Source: an uncultured Actinomycetota bacterium
GTDB lineage: Bacteria > Actinomycetota > Actinomycetes > JACCUZ01
Direction of reading: 5' to 3'
NCBI GenBank assembly: GCA_963794995.1
Contig: CAWCFV010000002.1
Location: 2,954,722 to 3,018,721, forward strand
Length of the DNA: 64,000 nt
This document shows positions 1 through 10,097 of this stretch, piece by piece (position 1 is the stretch's first letter; every line of letters starts with the position of its first letter). Below the pieces are notes generated by a model. It was not told where the DNA came from. It was given only the letters and a program-made list of their open reading frames with translations, and did not search any database. A program made the position numbers and the translations under genes.

Positions 1-649
1 GGCGACGATGCGCCGGGTCAGTGCGCTGTGCGTGGCACGCGGTGTCGCGATCGGCGCCCAGGTGTCCTACCGCGACCGCGAGGGGTTCGGTCGCCGGTTC
101 CTCGACGTCGACCCGGCCGCGCTCGCCGACGACGTCCTCGAGCAGGTGGCGACGCTCGACGCCCTGGCCCGGTCCGTCGGCGGCCGGGTCACCTACGTCA
201 AGCCGCACGGCGCGCTGTACCACGCGGTCGCCCGCCACGAGGGGCAGGCGGCCGCGGTGGTCGAGGGGGTGCAGGCGTTCGGTGCCGCCCTCGCCGTGCT
301 CGGGCAGCCGGGCTCCCGGTGGCTGGGCCTGGCCGGGGCAGCCGGGCTGCGGCCGGTGCACGAGGCCTTCGCCGACCGTGCCTACGCCCCCGACGGCTCG
401 CTGCTGCCGCGCACCGATCCCGGGGCCCTGGTGACCGACCCGGGCGAGGTCGTCGCGCGCAGCGTCCGGCTGGCGGTCGACCACGAGGTCGTGGCCGTCG
501 ACGGGACGGTGCTGCGCGTGGACGCCGCCTCGCTGTGCGTGCACGGCGACACGCCGGGCGCTGTCGGTCTCGCGTCCTCCGTGCGCGCCGCCCTGGTGGG
601 CGCCGGCGTCGAGGTCGCGGCCTTCACCACCCCCGGGCAGCCCCGGTGA
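1..649 (+). CDS. pxpA: 5-oxoprolinase subunit A (LamB/YcsF family), 5'-truncated by window edge
   Basis: Motifs GAQVSYRDREGFGRR, YVKPHGALY, EAFADRAY, SLCVHGDTPGA. Confidence 0.92.
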   Translation, partial: ATMRRVSALCVARGVAIGAQVSYRDREGFGRRFLDVDPAALADDVLEQVATLDALARSVGGRVTYVKPHGALYHAVARHEGQAAAVVEGVQAFGAALAVLGQPGSRWLGLAGAAGLRPVHEAFADRAYAPDGSLLPRTDPGALVTDPGEVVARSVRLAVDHEVVAVDGTVLRVDAASLCVHGDTPGAVGLASSVRAALVGAGVEVAAFTTPGQPR

Positions 650-1276
650 GCGACCCGCGGCTGCGCCCGTACGGCGACACCGGGGTGCTGGTCGAGGTCG
701 ACGACCTCGACCTGGCGCTGGCCTGGTACGCCGCGCTGCGGGCCCGGCCGCCGGAAGGCACGGTCGACCTCGTGCCCGCCGAGCGCACCGTCCTCGTGCG
801 GCTCGACCCCGCCGTCACGACCGTCGCCCGGGCGGTCGAGGACCTCGCGGGCCGGGCCGTCGAGCCGGGAGCCGCGGCCGCGGCCGGGCCGGTGGTCACG
901 GTGCCCGTCGTGTACGACGGCCCCGACCTCGCGTCGGCAGCCGCGGCAGCGGGATGGTCGGCGCGCGCGCTGGTCGCCGCGCACCAGGAGCGCACCTGGC
1001 GGGTGGCCTTCGTCGGGTTCTCGCCCGGCTTCGGCTACCTGGTCGCCGACGGGGACTGGCCCGACCTGCCCCGGCTGGCCGTCCCACGGACCAGGGTGCC
1101 GGCGGGCTCGGTCGCGCTCGCCGGGCGCTACAGCGGGGTGTACCCGGCCGCGAGCCCGGGCGGCTGGCAGCTCGTGGGGCGTACTCGACGGGCTCCCGGC
1201 CCTGTGGGACGTCGACCGTGACCCGCCGGCGCTGCTCGCCCCCGGCACGCGGGTCCGCTTCGAGGCGGTCGGATGA
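646..1276 (+). CDS. pxpB: 5-oxoprolinase subunit B (carboxyltransferase domain); one indel near 1190-1200
   Basis: GTG overlaps pxpA stop; PYGDTGVLVE, FVGFSPGFGYL, SPGGWQLVGRT; C-terminus LWDVDRDPPALLAPGTRVRF continues in another frame to TGA 1276. Confidence 0.88.
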
Positions 1277-2106
1277 CCGCGCTCGAGGTCCTCGACCCGG
1301 GGCCGCTCACGACCGTCCAGGACCTCGGCCGGCCCGGGCTCGCCGCGCTGGGCGTCGGCCCGTCCGGCGCAGCCGACCGGACCGCGGCGCGACGCGCGAA
1401 CGCCCTGGTGGGCAACCCGCCGGGCGCCGCCCTGCTCGAGGCGACCCTGGGCGGGCTGGTGCTGCGTGCCGTCGGCGCGTGCACCGTGGCCCTCGCCGGA
1501 GCACCGGTCGGCCTGCCCGACGTCGTGGCGCTCGAGCACGGTGCGACCCTGACGACCGGGCGGCCGGCGACGGGGGTCCGCAGCTACCTCGCGGTCCGGG
1601 GCGGGCTCGACGTCACGCCGGTCCTGGGCTCGTGCTCGACCGACCTGCTCAGCGGCCTCGGCCCGGCGCCGCTGCGGCGGGGCGACGTGCTGCCCGTCGG
1701 CACGCTGCCGCCGGCGGGCGCCGAGGTCCCGGCGCCCGTCACGATCCGGCCGGACCTCGTCCTGCCGCTGCTGCCCGGGCCGAGGCTCGACCTGTTCGTG
1801 GCCGGCGCGTTCGACCAGCTGCTCGCGTCGTCGTACGTCGTCTCGCCGGACAGCAACCGGGTGGCGCTGCGTCTCGACGGTGCGCCGCTGCACCGCGCGG
1901 AGCCGGGCGAGCCGGCCAGCGAGGGCCTGCTGCGCGGTGCCCTGCAGGTGCCGCCGTCCGGCCAGCTGGTCCTGTTCCTCGCCGACCACCCCGTGACCGG
2001 CGGGTACCCCGTGGTGGCCGTCGTCCCGGACGCGGCGACCGACGCCGCGGCGCAGGCGCGTCCCGGCAGCCGGATGGCGTTCCGCGCCGCGGACCGGGCT
2101 CAGTAG
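1273..2106 (+). CDS. pxpC: 5-oxoprolinase subunit C
   Basis: GPLTTVQDLGRPG, GVRSYLAVRGG, ADHPVTGGYP motifs; ATGA overlap. Confidence 0.92.
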   Translation: MTALEVLDPGPLTTVQDLGRPGLAALGVGPSGAADRTAARRANALVGNPPGAALLEATLGGLVLRAVGACTVALAGAPVGLPDVVALEHGATLTTGRPATGVRSYLAVRGGLDVTPVLGSCSTDLLSGLGPAPLRRGDVLPVGTLPPAGAEVPAPVTIRPDLVLPLLPGPRLDLFVAGAFDQLLASSYVVSPDSNRVALRLDGAPLHRAEPGEPASEGLLRGALQVPPSGQLVLFLADHPVTGGYPVVAVVPDAATDAAAQARPGSRMAFRAADRAQ

Positions 2107-2116
2107 CCTCGCCGAC

Positions 2117-3502
2117 GTGCGCGTCCACCCGGCCGGACCGAGGTCCGGCGAGCTCGCCCATGAGGGACTTCACGGCGGGCCGCCCGCCGACCTCGGTGCC
2201 CTCGACCCCCTCGTCTGGCCGATCGGCCTGGCCCGGCACCGCGACGACGGCCACCTCGCGCTGCGCGGCCACGACGTGCGCGGCCTGGTCGCCGAGCACG
2301 GCAGCCCGGTCTTCCTGCTCGACGAGGCCGACCTCCGCCGTCGGTGCCGGGACTACCGGGAGGCGTTCGGCGGCGCCCAGGTCTTCTACGCGGCCAAGGC
2401 GTTCCTCACCACCACGATCGCCCGCTGGGTCGAGGAGGAGGGGCTGGGCCTCGACGTCTGCACCGGCGGCGAGCTCGCGGTCGCGGTGCGCGCCGGGTTC
2501 CCCGGCGAGCGGCTGCTGCTGCACGGCAACAACAAGTCGGTCGACGAGCTGGCCGCCGCCCTCGACGCAGGCGTGGGACGGGTCGTGGTCGACTCGCTCG
2601 TCGAGGTCGAGCGGCTCAGCCGCCTCTGCGTCGAGCGCGGCACGACGCAGCGGGTGCTCGTCCGCGCGACCGTCGGTGTCGAGGCGCACACCCATGAGTT
2701 CATCGCCACGGCGCACGAGGACCAGAAGTTCGGCTTCTCCCTCGCCGGAGGCGACGCCCTGGAGGCCGTTCGCCGGGTGCGCGAGGCGCCGGGGCTGGAG
2801 CTGGTCGGCCTGCACTCGCACATCGGGTCGCAGATCTTCGACGCAGGCGGCTTCGAGGTGGCCGCGCACCGCGTCGTCGGACTGCTCGCCGAGGTCAGGG
2901 ACGCCCTGGGCGACGAGCTGCCGGAGCTCAACCTCGGCGGCGGCCTGGGGATCGCGTACACCAGTGCCGACGACCCGGCCGACGTCGTGGAGATGGGCCG
3001 CTCCCTGCGCGCGATCGTCGAGCGGGAGTGCGGCGCGTACGGCCTGGCGCTGCCCGAGCTCGCGATCGAGCCCGGCCGCGGGATCGTCGGCCCCGGCACC
3101 GTGACTGTGTACGAGGTCGGCACCGTCAAGGCGGTCGAGGGCGTCCGTACCTTCGTCTCGGTCGACGGCGGCATGAGCGACAACATCCGCACGGCGCTCT
3201 ACGACGCCGACTACACCGTCGTGCTGGCCAACCGCGACTCGTCGGCCGGGCCGATGCTGTCGCGGGTCGTCGGCAAGCACTGCGAGAGCGGCGACGTGGT
3301 CGTCAAGGACGCCTGGCTGCCCGCCGACGTCGAGCCCGGCGACCTGCTCGCCGTCGCCGCGACCGGGGCGTACTGCCGGTCGATGGCCTCGACCTACAAC
3401 CACGTGCCGCGTGCTCCCGTGGTGGCCGTCTCCGACGCCGGGGCCAGGGTCCTGCTGCGCCGCGAGACCGTCGAGGACCTGTTCGCCCTCGACCCCGGCT
3501 GA
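2117..3502 (+). CDS. lysA: diaminopimelate decarboxylase
   Basis: YAAKAF (PLP Lys), HEDQKFG, HSHIGSQI, EPGRGI, GKHCESGD, GAYCRSM. Confidence 0.96.
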   Translation: MRVHPAGPRSGELAHEGLHGGPPADLGALDPLVWPIGLARHRDDGHLALRGHDVRGLVAEHGSPVFLLDEADLRRRCRDYREAFGGAQVFYAAKAFLTTTIARWVEEEGLGLDVCTGGELAVAVRAGFPGERLLLHGNNKSVDELAAALDAGVGRVVVDSLVEVERLSRLCVERGTTQRVLVRATVGVEAHTHEFIATAHEDQKFGFSLAGGDALEAVRRVREAPGLELVGLHSHIGSQIFDAGGFEVAAHRVVGLLAEVRDALGDELPELNLGGGLGIAYTSADDPADVVEMGRSLRAIVERECGAYGLALPELAIEPGRGIVGPGTVTVYEVGTVKAVEGVRTFVSVDGGMSDNIRTALYDADYTVVLANRDSSAGPMLSRVVGKHCESGDVVVKDAWLPADVEPGDLLAVAATGAYCRSMASTYNHVPRAPVVAVSDAGARVLLRRETVEDLFALDPG

Positions 3503-3604
3503 CCCCCGGGCCGCTCGATCACTCCCGCGGGCGCGGCGGCGACCGGATCGACCGGATCGCGGTCGGTCGCGGTGCGCGGCCGCCACGTCTGACAGGCTGG
3601 CCGC

Positions 3605-4900
3605 ATGGGACAGGCGCTTCGGGTCGCGCTGCTGGGGTGCGGCACCGTCGGCAGCGAGGTGGCCCGGCTGCTCACCACCCACGCCGACGACCTGGCCGCC
3701 CGCGTGGGCCGGCCGCTCGAGCTCGCCGGCATCGCGGTCCGCCGCACCGGCCGCGACCGGGGCGGGCTCGACGTCGACCCGGCGCTGTTCACCACCGACG
3801 CCGAGGGGCTCGCGACGCGGGGCGACATCGACGTGGTCGTCGAGGTCATCGGCGGGATCGAGCCTGCGCGCACCCTGATCCTCGGCGCGCTGGAGGCCGG
3901 GGCGTCGGTGGTCTCGGCCAACAAGGCACTGCTCGCCGAGGACGGCGCCACCCTGTTCGAGGCCGCCGAGAAGCACGGGGTCGACCTCTACTACGAGGCG
4001 GCGGTGGCCGGCGCGATCCCGCTGCTCCGCCCGCTGCGCGAGTCGCTCGCCGGCGACCGGGTGCGCCGGGTCCTCGGCATCGTGAACGGCACCACCAACT
4101 ACATCCTCACCCGGATGACCGAGAGCGGCGCGAGCTTCACCGACGCCCTCGAGGAGGCCCAGGCGCTGGGCTACGCCGAGGCCGACCCGACCGCCGACGT
4201 CGAGGCCTTCGACGCCGCCGCCAAGGCCGCCATCCTCGCCGCGCTCGCCTTCCACACCCGGGTCACCGCGGCCGACGTGCACCGCGAGGGCATGACCGAG
4301 GTGACCAGCGCCGACGTCGCCAGCGCCAGGGCGATGGGCTGCGTCGTGAAGCTCCTGGCGATCGCCGAGCTGTCCGAGGACGGCCGCAGCGTCGGCGTGC
4401 GGGCGCACCCGGCGATGATCCCGGTGAGCCACCCGCTGGCCGCGGTCCGCGAGGCGTTCAACGCGGTGTTCGTCGAGTGCGAGGCCGCCGGCGAGCTGAT
4501 GTTCTACGGCCGCGGCGCGGGCGGCTCCCCGACCGCGAGCGCCGTCCTCGGCGACATCGTCGCGGTGGCGCGGCACCGGGTCTCCGGCGGGCGCGGTCCC
4601 GGCGAGTCGGCCTACGCCGACCTGCGGCTGCGCCCGATGGGCGAGACCGTCACGCGCTACCACGTGAGCCTCGACGTGGCCGACCGCTCCGGCGTCCTCG
4701 CGCGGGTGGCCACGGCGTTCGCCGAGCAGGGCGTGTCGATCGAGACGGTCCGCCAGGAGAAGCACGGCGAGGACGACGCCGTCCTGGTCATCGTCACCCA
4801 TGACGCGACCGACGCCGCCCTGTCCTCGACGGTCGAGGCGCTGCGCGGGCTCGACGTCGTGCGTCGCGTGCTCAGCGTCATGCGGGTCGAGGGCAGGTAG
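3605..4900 (+). CDS. hom: homoserine dehydrogenase with C-terminal ACT domain
   Basis: GCGTVG, ANKALLA, YEAAVAGAIP, NGTTNYIL, GAGGSPTASAV. Confidence 0.96.
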   Translation: MGQALRVALLGCGTVGSEVARLLTTHADDLAARVGRPLELAGIAVRRTGRDRGGLDVDPALFTTDAEGLATRGDIDVVVEVIGGIEPARTLILGALEAGASVVSANKALLAEDGATLFEAAEKHGVDLYYEAAVAGAIPLLRPLRESLAGDRVRRVLGIVNGTTNYILTRMTESGASFTDALEEAQALGYAEADPTADVEAFDAAAKAAILAALAFHTRVTAADVHREGMTEVTSADVASARAMGCVVKLLAIAELSEDGRSVGVRAHPAMIPVSHPLAAVREAFNAVFVECEAAGELMFYGRGAGGSPTASAVLGDIVAVARHRVSGGRGPGESAYADLRLRPMGETVTRYHVSLDVADRSGVLARVATAFAEQGVSIETVRQEKHGEDDAVLVIVTHDATDAALSSTVEALRGLDVVRRVLSVMRVEGR

Positions 4901-4903
4901 CGG

Positions 4904-5968
4904 GTGGCCCACACCTGGCGGGGTGTCATCGCGGAGTACGCCGACCGCCTCCCGGTCGGTCCCGGCACCCCGGTCGTGAGCCTGGGCGAGGGCGGCACCC
5001 CCCTGGTGCACGCCCGCCACCTGTCCGCGCTCACCGGCTGCGAGGTGCACCTGAAGGTCGAGGGCGCCAACCCCACCGGGTCGTTCAAGGACCGTGGCAT
5101 GACGGTGGCGATCTCCAAGGCGGTCGAGGAGGGCGCCACGGCGGTGATCTGCGCGTCGACCGGCAACACCAGCGCCTCGGCCGCCGCGTACGCCGGCAAG
5201 GCGGGCATCGACTGCGTCGTGCTCGTCCCGCACGGCCGGATCGCGTCCGGGAAGCTTGCCCAGGCGCTGGTGCACGGGTCCCGGCTGCTCCAGGTCGAGG
5301 GCGGCTTCGACGACTGCCTGCGGCTGGCCCGCGAGCTGGCCGACGAGCTGCCGGTGTCCTTGGTCAACTCGGTCAACGACTACCGGATCGAGGGGCAGAA
5401 GTCGGCGGCCTTCGAGGTGGTCGACGCGCTCGGTCGGGCGCCGGACGTCCACTGCCTGCCGGTGGGCAACGCCGGCAACATCACGGCGTACTGGCGCGGA
5501 TACGGCGAGTACGCCGCGGACGGGCTGTGCACACGGCCGCGCATGTGGGGGTTCCAGGCGGAGGGCGCCGCCCCGATCGTGCGGGGCGAACGGGTGGAGG
5601 CCCCCGAGACCGTCGCCACCGCGATCCGGATCGGCGACCCCGCGTCCTGGCTCGGCGCCGTCGCCGCCCGCGACGAGTCGGGCGGCCTGATCGACGCCGT
5701 GAGCGACCGGGCGATCCTCGACGCCCAGCGGCTGCTGTCGGCGAAGGAGGGCGTCTTCGTGGAGCCGGCCAGCGCGGCGTCGGTGGCCGGGCTGCTGCAG
5801 TGCCACGAGCGCGGCCTGCTGGAGGCCGGCCAGCAGGTCGTGTGCACCGTCACGGGCAACGGGCTCAAGGACACCGAGACGGCGCTTCGCGAGATCAGCA
5901 TCGACACGACGACGGTACGGGCCGACCTGCGCTCCGCCGCCGGCGCGCTCGGCCTGCTGCCGGCATGA
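4904..5968 (+). CDS. thrC: threonine synthase
   Basis: [34 protein letters not shown]. Confidence 0.96.
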   Translation: MAHTWRGVIAEYADRLPVGPGTPVVSLGEGGTPLVHARHLSALTGCEVHLKVEGANPTGSFKDRGMTVAISKAVEEGATAVICASTGNTSASAAAYAGKAGIDCVVLVPHGRIASGKLAQALVHGSRLLQVEGGFDDCLRLARELADELPVSLVNSVNDYRIEGQKSAAFEVVDALGRAPDVHCLPVGNAGNITAYWRGYGEYAADGLCTRPRMWGFQAEGAAPIVRGERVEAPETVATAIRIGDPASWLGAVAARDESGGLIDAVSDRAILDAQRLLSAKEGVFVEPASAASVAGLLQCHERGLLEAGQQVVCTVTGNGLKDTETALREISIDTTTVRADLRSAAGALGLLPA

Positions 5969-5978
5969 GCCGGCCCGC

Positions 5979-6884
5979 GTGAGCCTGCTCGGGCGGCCGG
6001 TCCGGGTCCGGGTGCCGGCGACCAGTGCCAACCTCGGCCCGGGCTTCGACTGCCTGGGGCTGGCCCTCGACCTGCACGACGAGGTCGAGGTGGTCGCGGG
6101 CGACCCGGCCGGGGGCGACGTCGCCACGGTCGCTGTCGCCGGTGAGGGTGCGGGCGAGGTGCCGTCCGACGCGTCGCACCTCGTCGTGCGCGCGGTGCAC
6201 CGGGCCCTCGACGCGCTGGGCGAGCCGCACCCGCCCCTCACGCTGTCCTGCACGAACCGGGTGCCGCACGGCCGGGGCCTCGGGTCCTCCGCCGCCGCGG
6301 TGGTGGCCGGTCTGCTGGCCGGCCGCGCCCTGGTGGCCGACGGCGAGCAGCGCCTCGACGACGCCGGGCTGCTCGAGCTGGCCAGCGACATGGAGGGCCA
6401 CCCGGACAACGCGGCGGCGGCCCTGCTCGGCGGGCTCACGCTGGCCTGGTCCGAGGGACCCTCGGTGCGCGCCGTGCGGATGGACCCGCGGCCGGAGGTC
6501 CGGGCCACCGTCCTCGTCCCGCAGACCCGGCTCGCCACGGCGACCGCCCGGGGCCTGCTGCCGGCGCAGGTGCCGCACGCCGACGCGGCCCTTGCGGCCG
6601 GCCGGGCCGCGCTGCTCGTGGCCGCCCTCACCCGGGTGCCGGGCGTCCTGCTGGCCGCCACCGAGGACCGCCTGCACCAGGAGCAGAGGGCGCCCGCGAT
6701 GCCGGCGACCGCGGCGCTGGTGCGCGCGCTGCGTGCGCAGGGGCGGGCCGCGGTCGTGTCCGGCGCCGGGCCGACGGTCCTGGTGCTGGACGAGGGCGCG
6801 CCGCAGCCCCTGGACGTGCCGGCCGGGTGGCAGGTGCTCCCGCTGGCCGTGGCAGCCGACGGGGCGGTGGTCCGCCGCGGCTGA
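5979..6884 (+). CDS. thrB: homoserine kinase
   Basis: PATSANLGPGFD, PHGRGLGSS, EGHPDN, SGAGPT. Confidence 0.96.
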   Translation: MSLLGRPVRVRVPATSANLGPGFDCLGLALDLHDEVEVVAGDPAGGDVATVAVAGEGAGEVPSDASHLVVRAVHRALDALGEPHPPLTLSCTNRVPHGRGLGSSAAAVVAGLLAGRALVADGEQRLDDAGLLELASDMEGHPDNAAAALLGGLTLAWSEGPSVRAVRMDPRPEVRATVLVPQTRLATATARGLLPAQVPHADAALAAGRAALLVAALTRVPGVLLAATEDRLHQEQRAPAMPATAALVRALRAQGRAAVVSGAGPTVLVLDEGAPQPLDVPAGWQVLPLAVAADGAVVRRG

Positions 6885-7229
6885 CCGGGTGGTTCCGGCC
6901 GGGCCGGGGCTCCTCCCGGGGCCCGTGGTGTTAGGGTCGTGAGCGCACCAGCAGCCACGGCACGTGGCCGGTGCCCCGCCACGACATCCTCGGTCACCCG
7001 GTTTCGTTCTCGGAGCAGGGTGGCTGACGTCGCAGGACGACCGTGGCCACCCATCGACTCGTCCCCGGACCACGGGACGCGCGGGGGAGCCCACGGGATC
7101 GGCGGGGCCGGCCGCACGTGCCACCCCGGAACCTGGTGAGGATCCACCTCCCACGCGCCCGCCGTTCGCAGGCGCCGCAGCCCGATTGGAGCCGCCGTCG
7201 CGCGGCCCGTCGCCAGGAAGGACCACTCT

Positions 7230-9237
7230 GTGTCCGACAGCACCGACCTCCTCGACGCGCCCGAGGCGCGCTCCGGAGACACCTCCGCCGGGGCGCCGAC
7301 CGCAGCCAAGGCGCCGGCCCGCAAGCGCTCCACCGGCCTGTCCGGCATGGTGCTCGCCGAGCTGCAGGGACTCGCCGGCGAGCTGGGCATCAGCGGCACG
7401 GCCAAGATGCGCAAGGGCCAGCTGATCGAAGCCATCCGGGAGCGCCAGGACGGCACCGCCTCCGCCACCCCGCCCAGGGCCCGGGCGGCCAGGGGCTCGT
7501 CGGCAACCTCGACGTCCTCGACGTCAGCGGGCGGCGCGACCTCGGGCGAGGCCGGCGACGAGCAGGCTCCGGCCGGCCGGGCACCGCGCACCCGTCGCGA
7601 GCGCCAGGGGCGCACCGGCCGACCCGGCCGGGACGGCGACGAGCCGCAGCAGCAGGACCGCAGTGCGCCCAGTGAGCCCAGTGAGCGCAGTGACCGCGGT
7701 GAGCGCGGTGGGCGCACCGAGACGCACCGAGAACACCAAGAACACCGAGAACACCGACACCGGCGACGACTCCCCCGACGGCGGCGAGCGACAGGGCGGC
7801 GGGCGCGACCGGGGTGACCGGGGTGACCGTCAGCGTGACCGCGGGCAGCAGCAGTCCGGCGGTGGCGCCCAGAACCGTGGCCAGCAGCAGGCCGCCGCCG
7901 GTCGCACCCAGGGCGGCCAGCCGCCGGCCGGCGAGGACGACGTCGACTCCGGCACCGGCCGCGGTCGCCGCCGGGGCCGCTACCGCGACCGCAACCGCAG
8001 CCGCCGTGGCGGCCGGGACGGTTTCGGGCCGCAGGACACCGGGGACGGCGGCCTGCCCGAGATCACCGAGGACGACGTCCTGGTGCCCGTCGCCGGCATC
8101 CTCGACATCCACGACAACTACGCCTTCGTGCGCACGAGCGGCTACCTGCCCGGCGACAACGACGTCTACGTGTCCCTGGCCCACGTGCGCAAGGCCGGCC
8201 TGCGCAAGGGCGATGCCGTGACCGGCGCCGTGCGCCAGCCGCAGGAGGGCGAGCGCCGGGAGAAGTTCAACGCCCTGGTGCGGCTGGACTCCGTCAACGG
8301 CGCCGACCCCGACAAGGCGCGCGACCGGGTGGAGTTCAGCACCCTCACCCCGCTGTACCCGCAGGACCGGCTCCGGCTCGAGACCGAGCCGGGCATCCTC
8401 ACGACGCGGGTCATCGACCTCGTGGCGCCGATCGGCAAGGGCCAGCGCGGCCTGATCGTGTCGCCCTCGAAGTCCGGCAAGACGATGGTCATGCAGGCCA
8501 TCGCCAACGCCATCTCGACGAACAACCCCGAGGTCCACCTCATGGTCGTGCTCGTCGACGAGCGGCCGGAAGAGGTCACCGACATGCAGCGCGCGGTGAA
8601 GGGCGAGGTCATCGCCTCGACCTTCGACCGGCCCGCCGAGGACCACACGATCGTCGCGGAGCTGTCCATCGAGCGGGCCAAGCGCCTGGTCGAGCTGGGG
8701 CACGACGTCGTCATCCTGCTCGACGGCATCACCCGGCTGGGTCGCGCGTACAACCTCGCGGCCCCGGCGAGCGGCCGGATCCTCTCCGGCGGCGTCGACT
8801 CGACCGCGCTGTACCCGCCGAAGCGGTTCTTCGGCGCGGCACGCAACATCGAGAACGGGGGCTCGCTCACCATCCTCGCGACGGCCCTGGTGGAGACCGG
8901 CTCGCGCATGGACGAGGTGATCTTCGAGGAGTTCAAGGGCACCGGCAACATGGAGCTGAAGCTGGACCGGAAGCTCGCCGACAAGCGGGTCTTCCCGGCC
9001 GTCGACGTCGACGCCTCCGGCACCCGGCGCGAGGACATCCTCATGGGCAAGGACGAGCTCCAGGTCGTCTGGAAGCTCCGCCGGGTGCTGCACGCCCTCG
9101 AGACCGGGCAGGCGCTCGACCTCCTGCTCGACCGGATGAAGAAGACCAGCAGCAACGCCGAGTTCCTCCGCCAGGTGCAGCAGACGATGCCGATGCCGGG
9201 CTCCACCCCCGGTGCCGGGCACGAGGACGACGACTGA
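7230..9237 (+). CDS. rho: transcription termination factor Rho with long low-complexity N-terminal insertion; one indel near 7720-7730
   Basis: N-terminal LAELQGLAGELGISGTAKMRKGQLI (ORF 7230) joins the core in ORF 7663..9237: FVRTSGYLPG, PIGKGQRG, DERPEEVTD, FEEFKGTGN. Confidence 0.95.
7660..7757 (+). repeat. 9-bp coding tandem repeats in the Rho N-terminal insertion
   Basis: cagtgcgcc/cagtgagcc/cagtgagcg/cagtgaccg/cggtgagcg followed by caccgagaa/caccaagaa/caccgagaa. Confidence 0.75.
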
Positions 9238-9551
9238 GGTCGCTCGCCCCGCCACGCTGACCGATCGACTGCGCCGCCCGTTCACCCGGGCGGCGTAGTC
9301 ATGTGCGGCCCCGCTGAGGGCCGGTCGGCCCATCCGGGTGGCGCGTCCCGCGGCCGAAGCTCCCTCTGGACGGTCGCGCCGGGCGCGACGCGACCCCAGG
9401 GGCGCGCGCGGTGGCGCCACCCGAACGGGTTAGGCCGGTCACCGGCAGATCGTCCCGGGAGGACTATCCAGGCTCGTTCACCTCGTGCCGAGAACCAGGG
9501 GAGACCGTCCAGACCGCGGTCCTCGAACCCATCTCTCGGCAGGAGAACCCG

Positions 9552-10097
9552 GTGACCCGGCGCAACAGGCTCATGGTGACCCGCGCACGCCGGCGCGGCC
9601 TCGCAGCGTTGGGAGCCGCCGCCCTCGGCCTGCTGGCCCTGGTGGCCGGCGCTCCGGGCGCCCAGGCGGCCGCCCCCGCCGGGTCGATCACGCCGTTCGT
9701 CAGCTGCTACTTCGACAACGGGAACGGCACGTACACCGTCAGCGTCGGGTACACGAGCAGCAACAGCGGCACGGTGAGCATCCCGGTCGGTACGGACAAC
9801 CGGGTCACCTTCGGCGCACAGGACCGCGGCCAGCCGACCTCGTTCGCGCCCGGCGTCCACAGCAACGTGTGGGCACCGACCCTGTCCACCACGGACATCT
9901 ACAACAACGTGAACTGGTCGCTGACCGGCAACACGGTGCGGCTGAGCACCCTGAACCAGTGCTCGATCCGGCCGGTGCCGGCCGGGGGCAACCTGGCCGC
10001 CGAGCTCGCGTTCGGCGCGGTCGTCACGACGGCGGGCGCCCTCGTGATGGGTGAGCGCCGTCGGCGTCGGGTCGCCTCCCCGGGAGGCACCCTGTGA
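9552..10097 (+). CDS. secreted beta-rich protein with C-terminal sorting-signal-like anchor (candidate exosortase substrate 1)
   Basis: AGGAG RBS at 9541; signal peptide ...RARRRGLAALGAAALGLLALVAGAPGAQA; core PFVSCYFDNGNGTYT...DRGQPTSFAPG; ends CSIRPVPAGG + hydrophobic helix + ERRRRR. Confidence 0.8.
   Translation: MTRRNRLMVTRARRRGLAALGAAALGLLALVAGAPGAQAAAPAGSITPFVSCYFDNGNGTYTVSVGYTSSNSGTVSIPVGTDNRVTFGAQDRGQPTSFAPGVHSNVWAPTLSTTDIYNNVNWSLTGNTVRLSTLNQCSIRPVPAGGNLAAELAFGAVVTTAGALVMGERRRRRVASPGGTL

Noticed and set aside
1739-7717. 1992-aa minus-strand ORF, and many similar long antisense or alternate-frame ORFs
   Set aside because: Shadow ORFs opposite well-conserved genes, expected in very high GC DNA with few stop codons; no recognisable motifs.
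9238-9551. Riboswitch or ncRNA in the 310-bp leader of the cassette
   Set aside because: No family consensus recognised by eye; an Infernal/Rfam scan would be needed.
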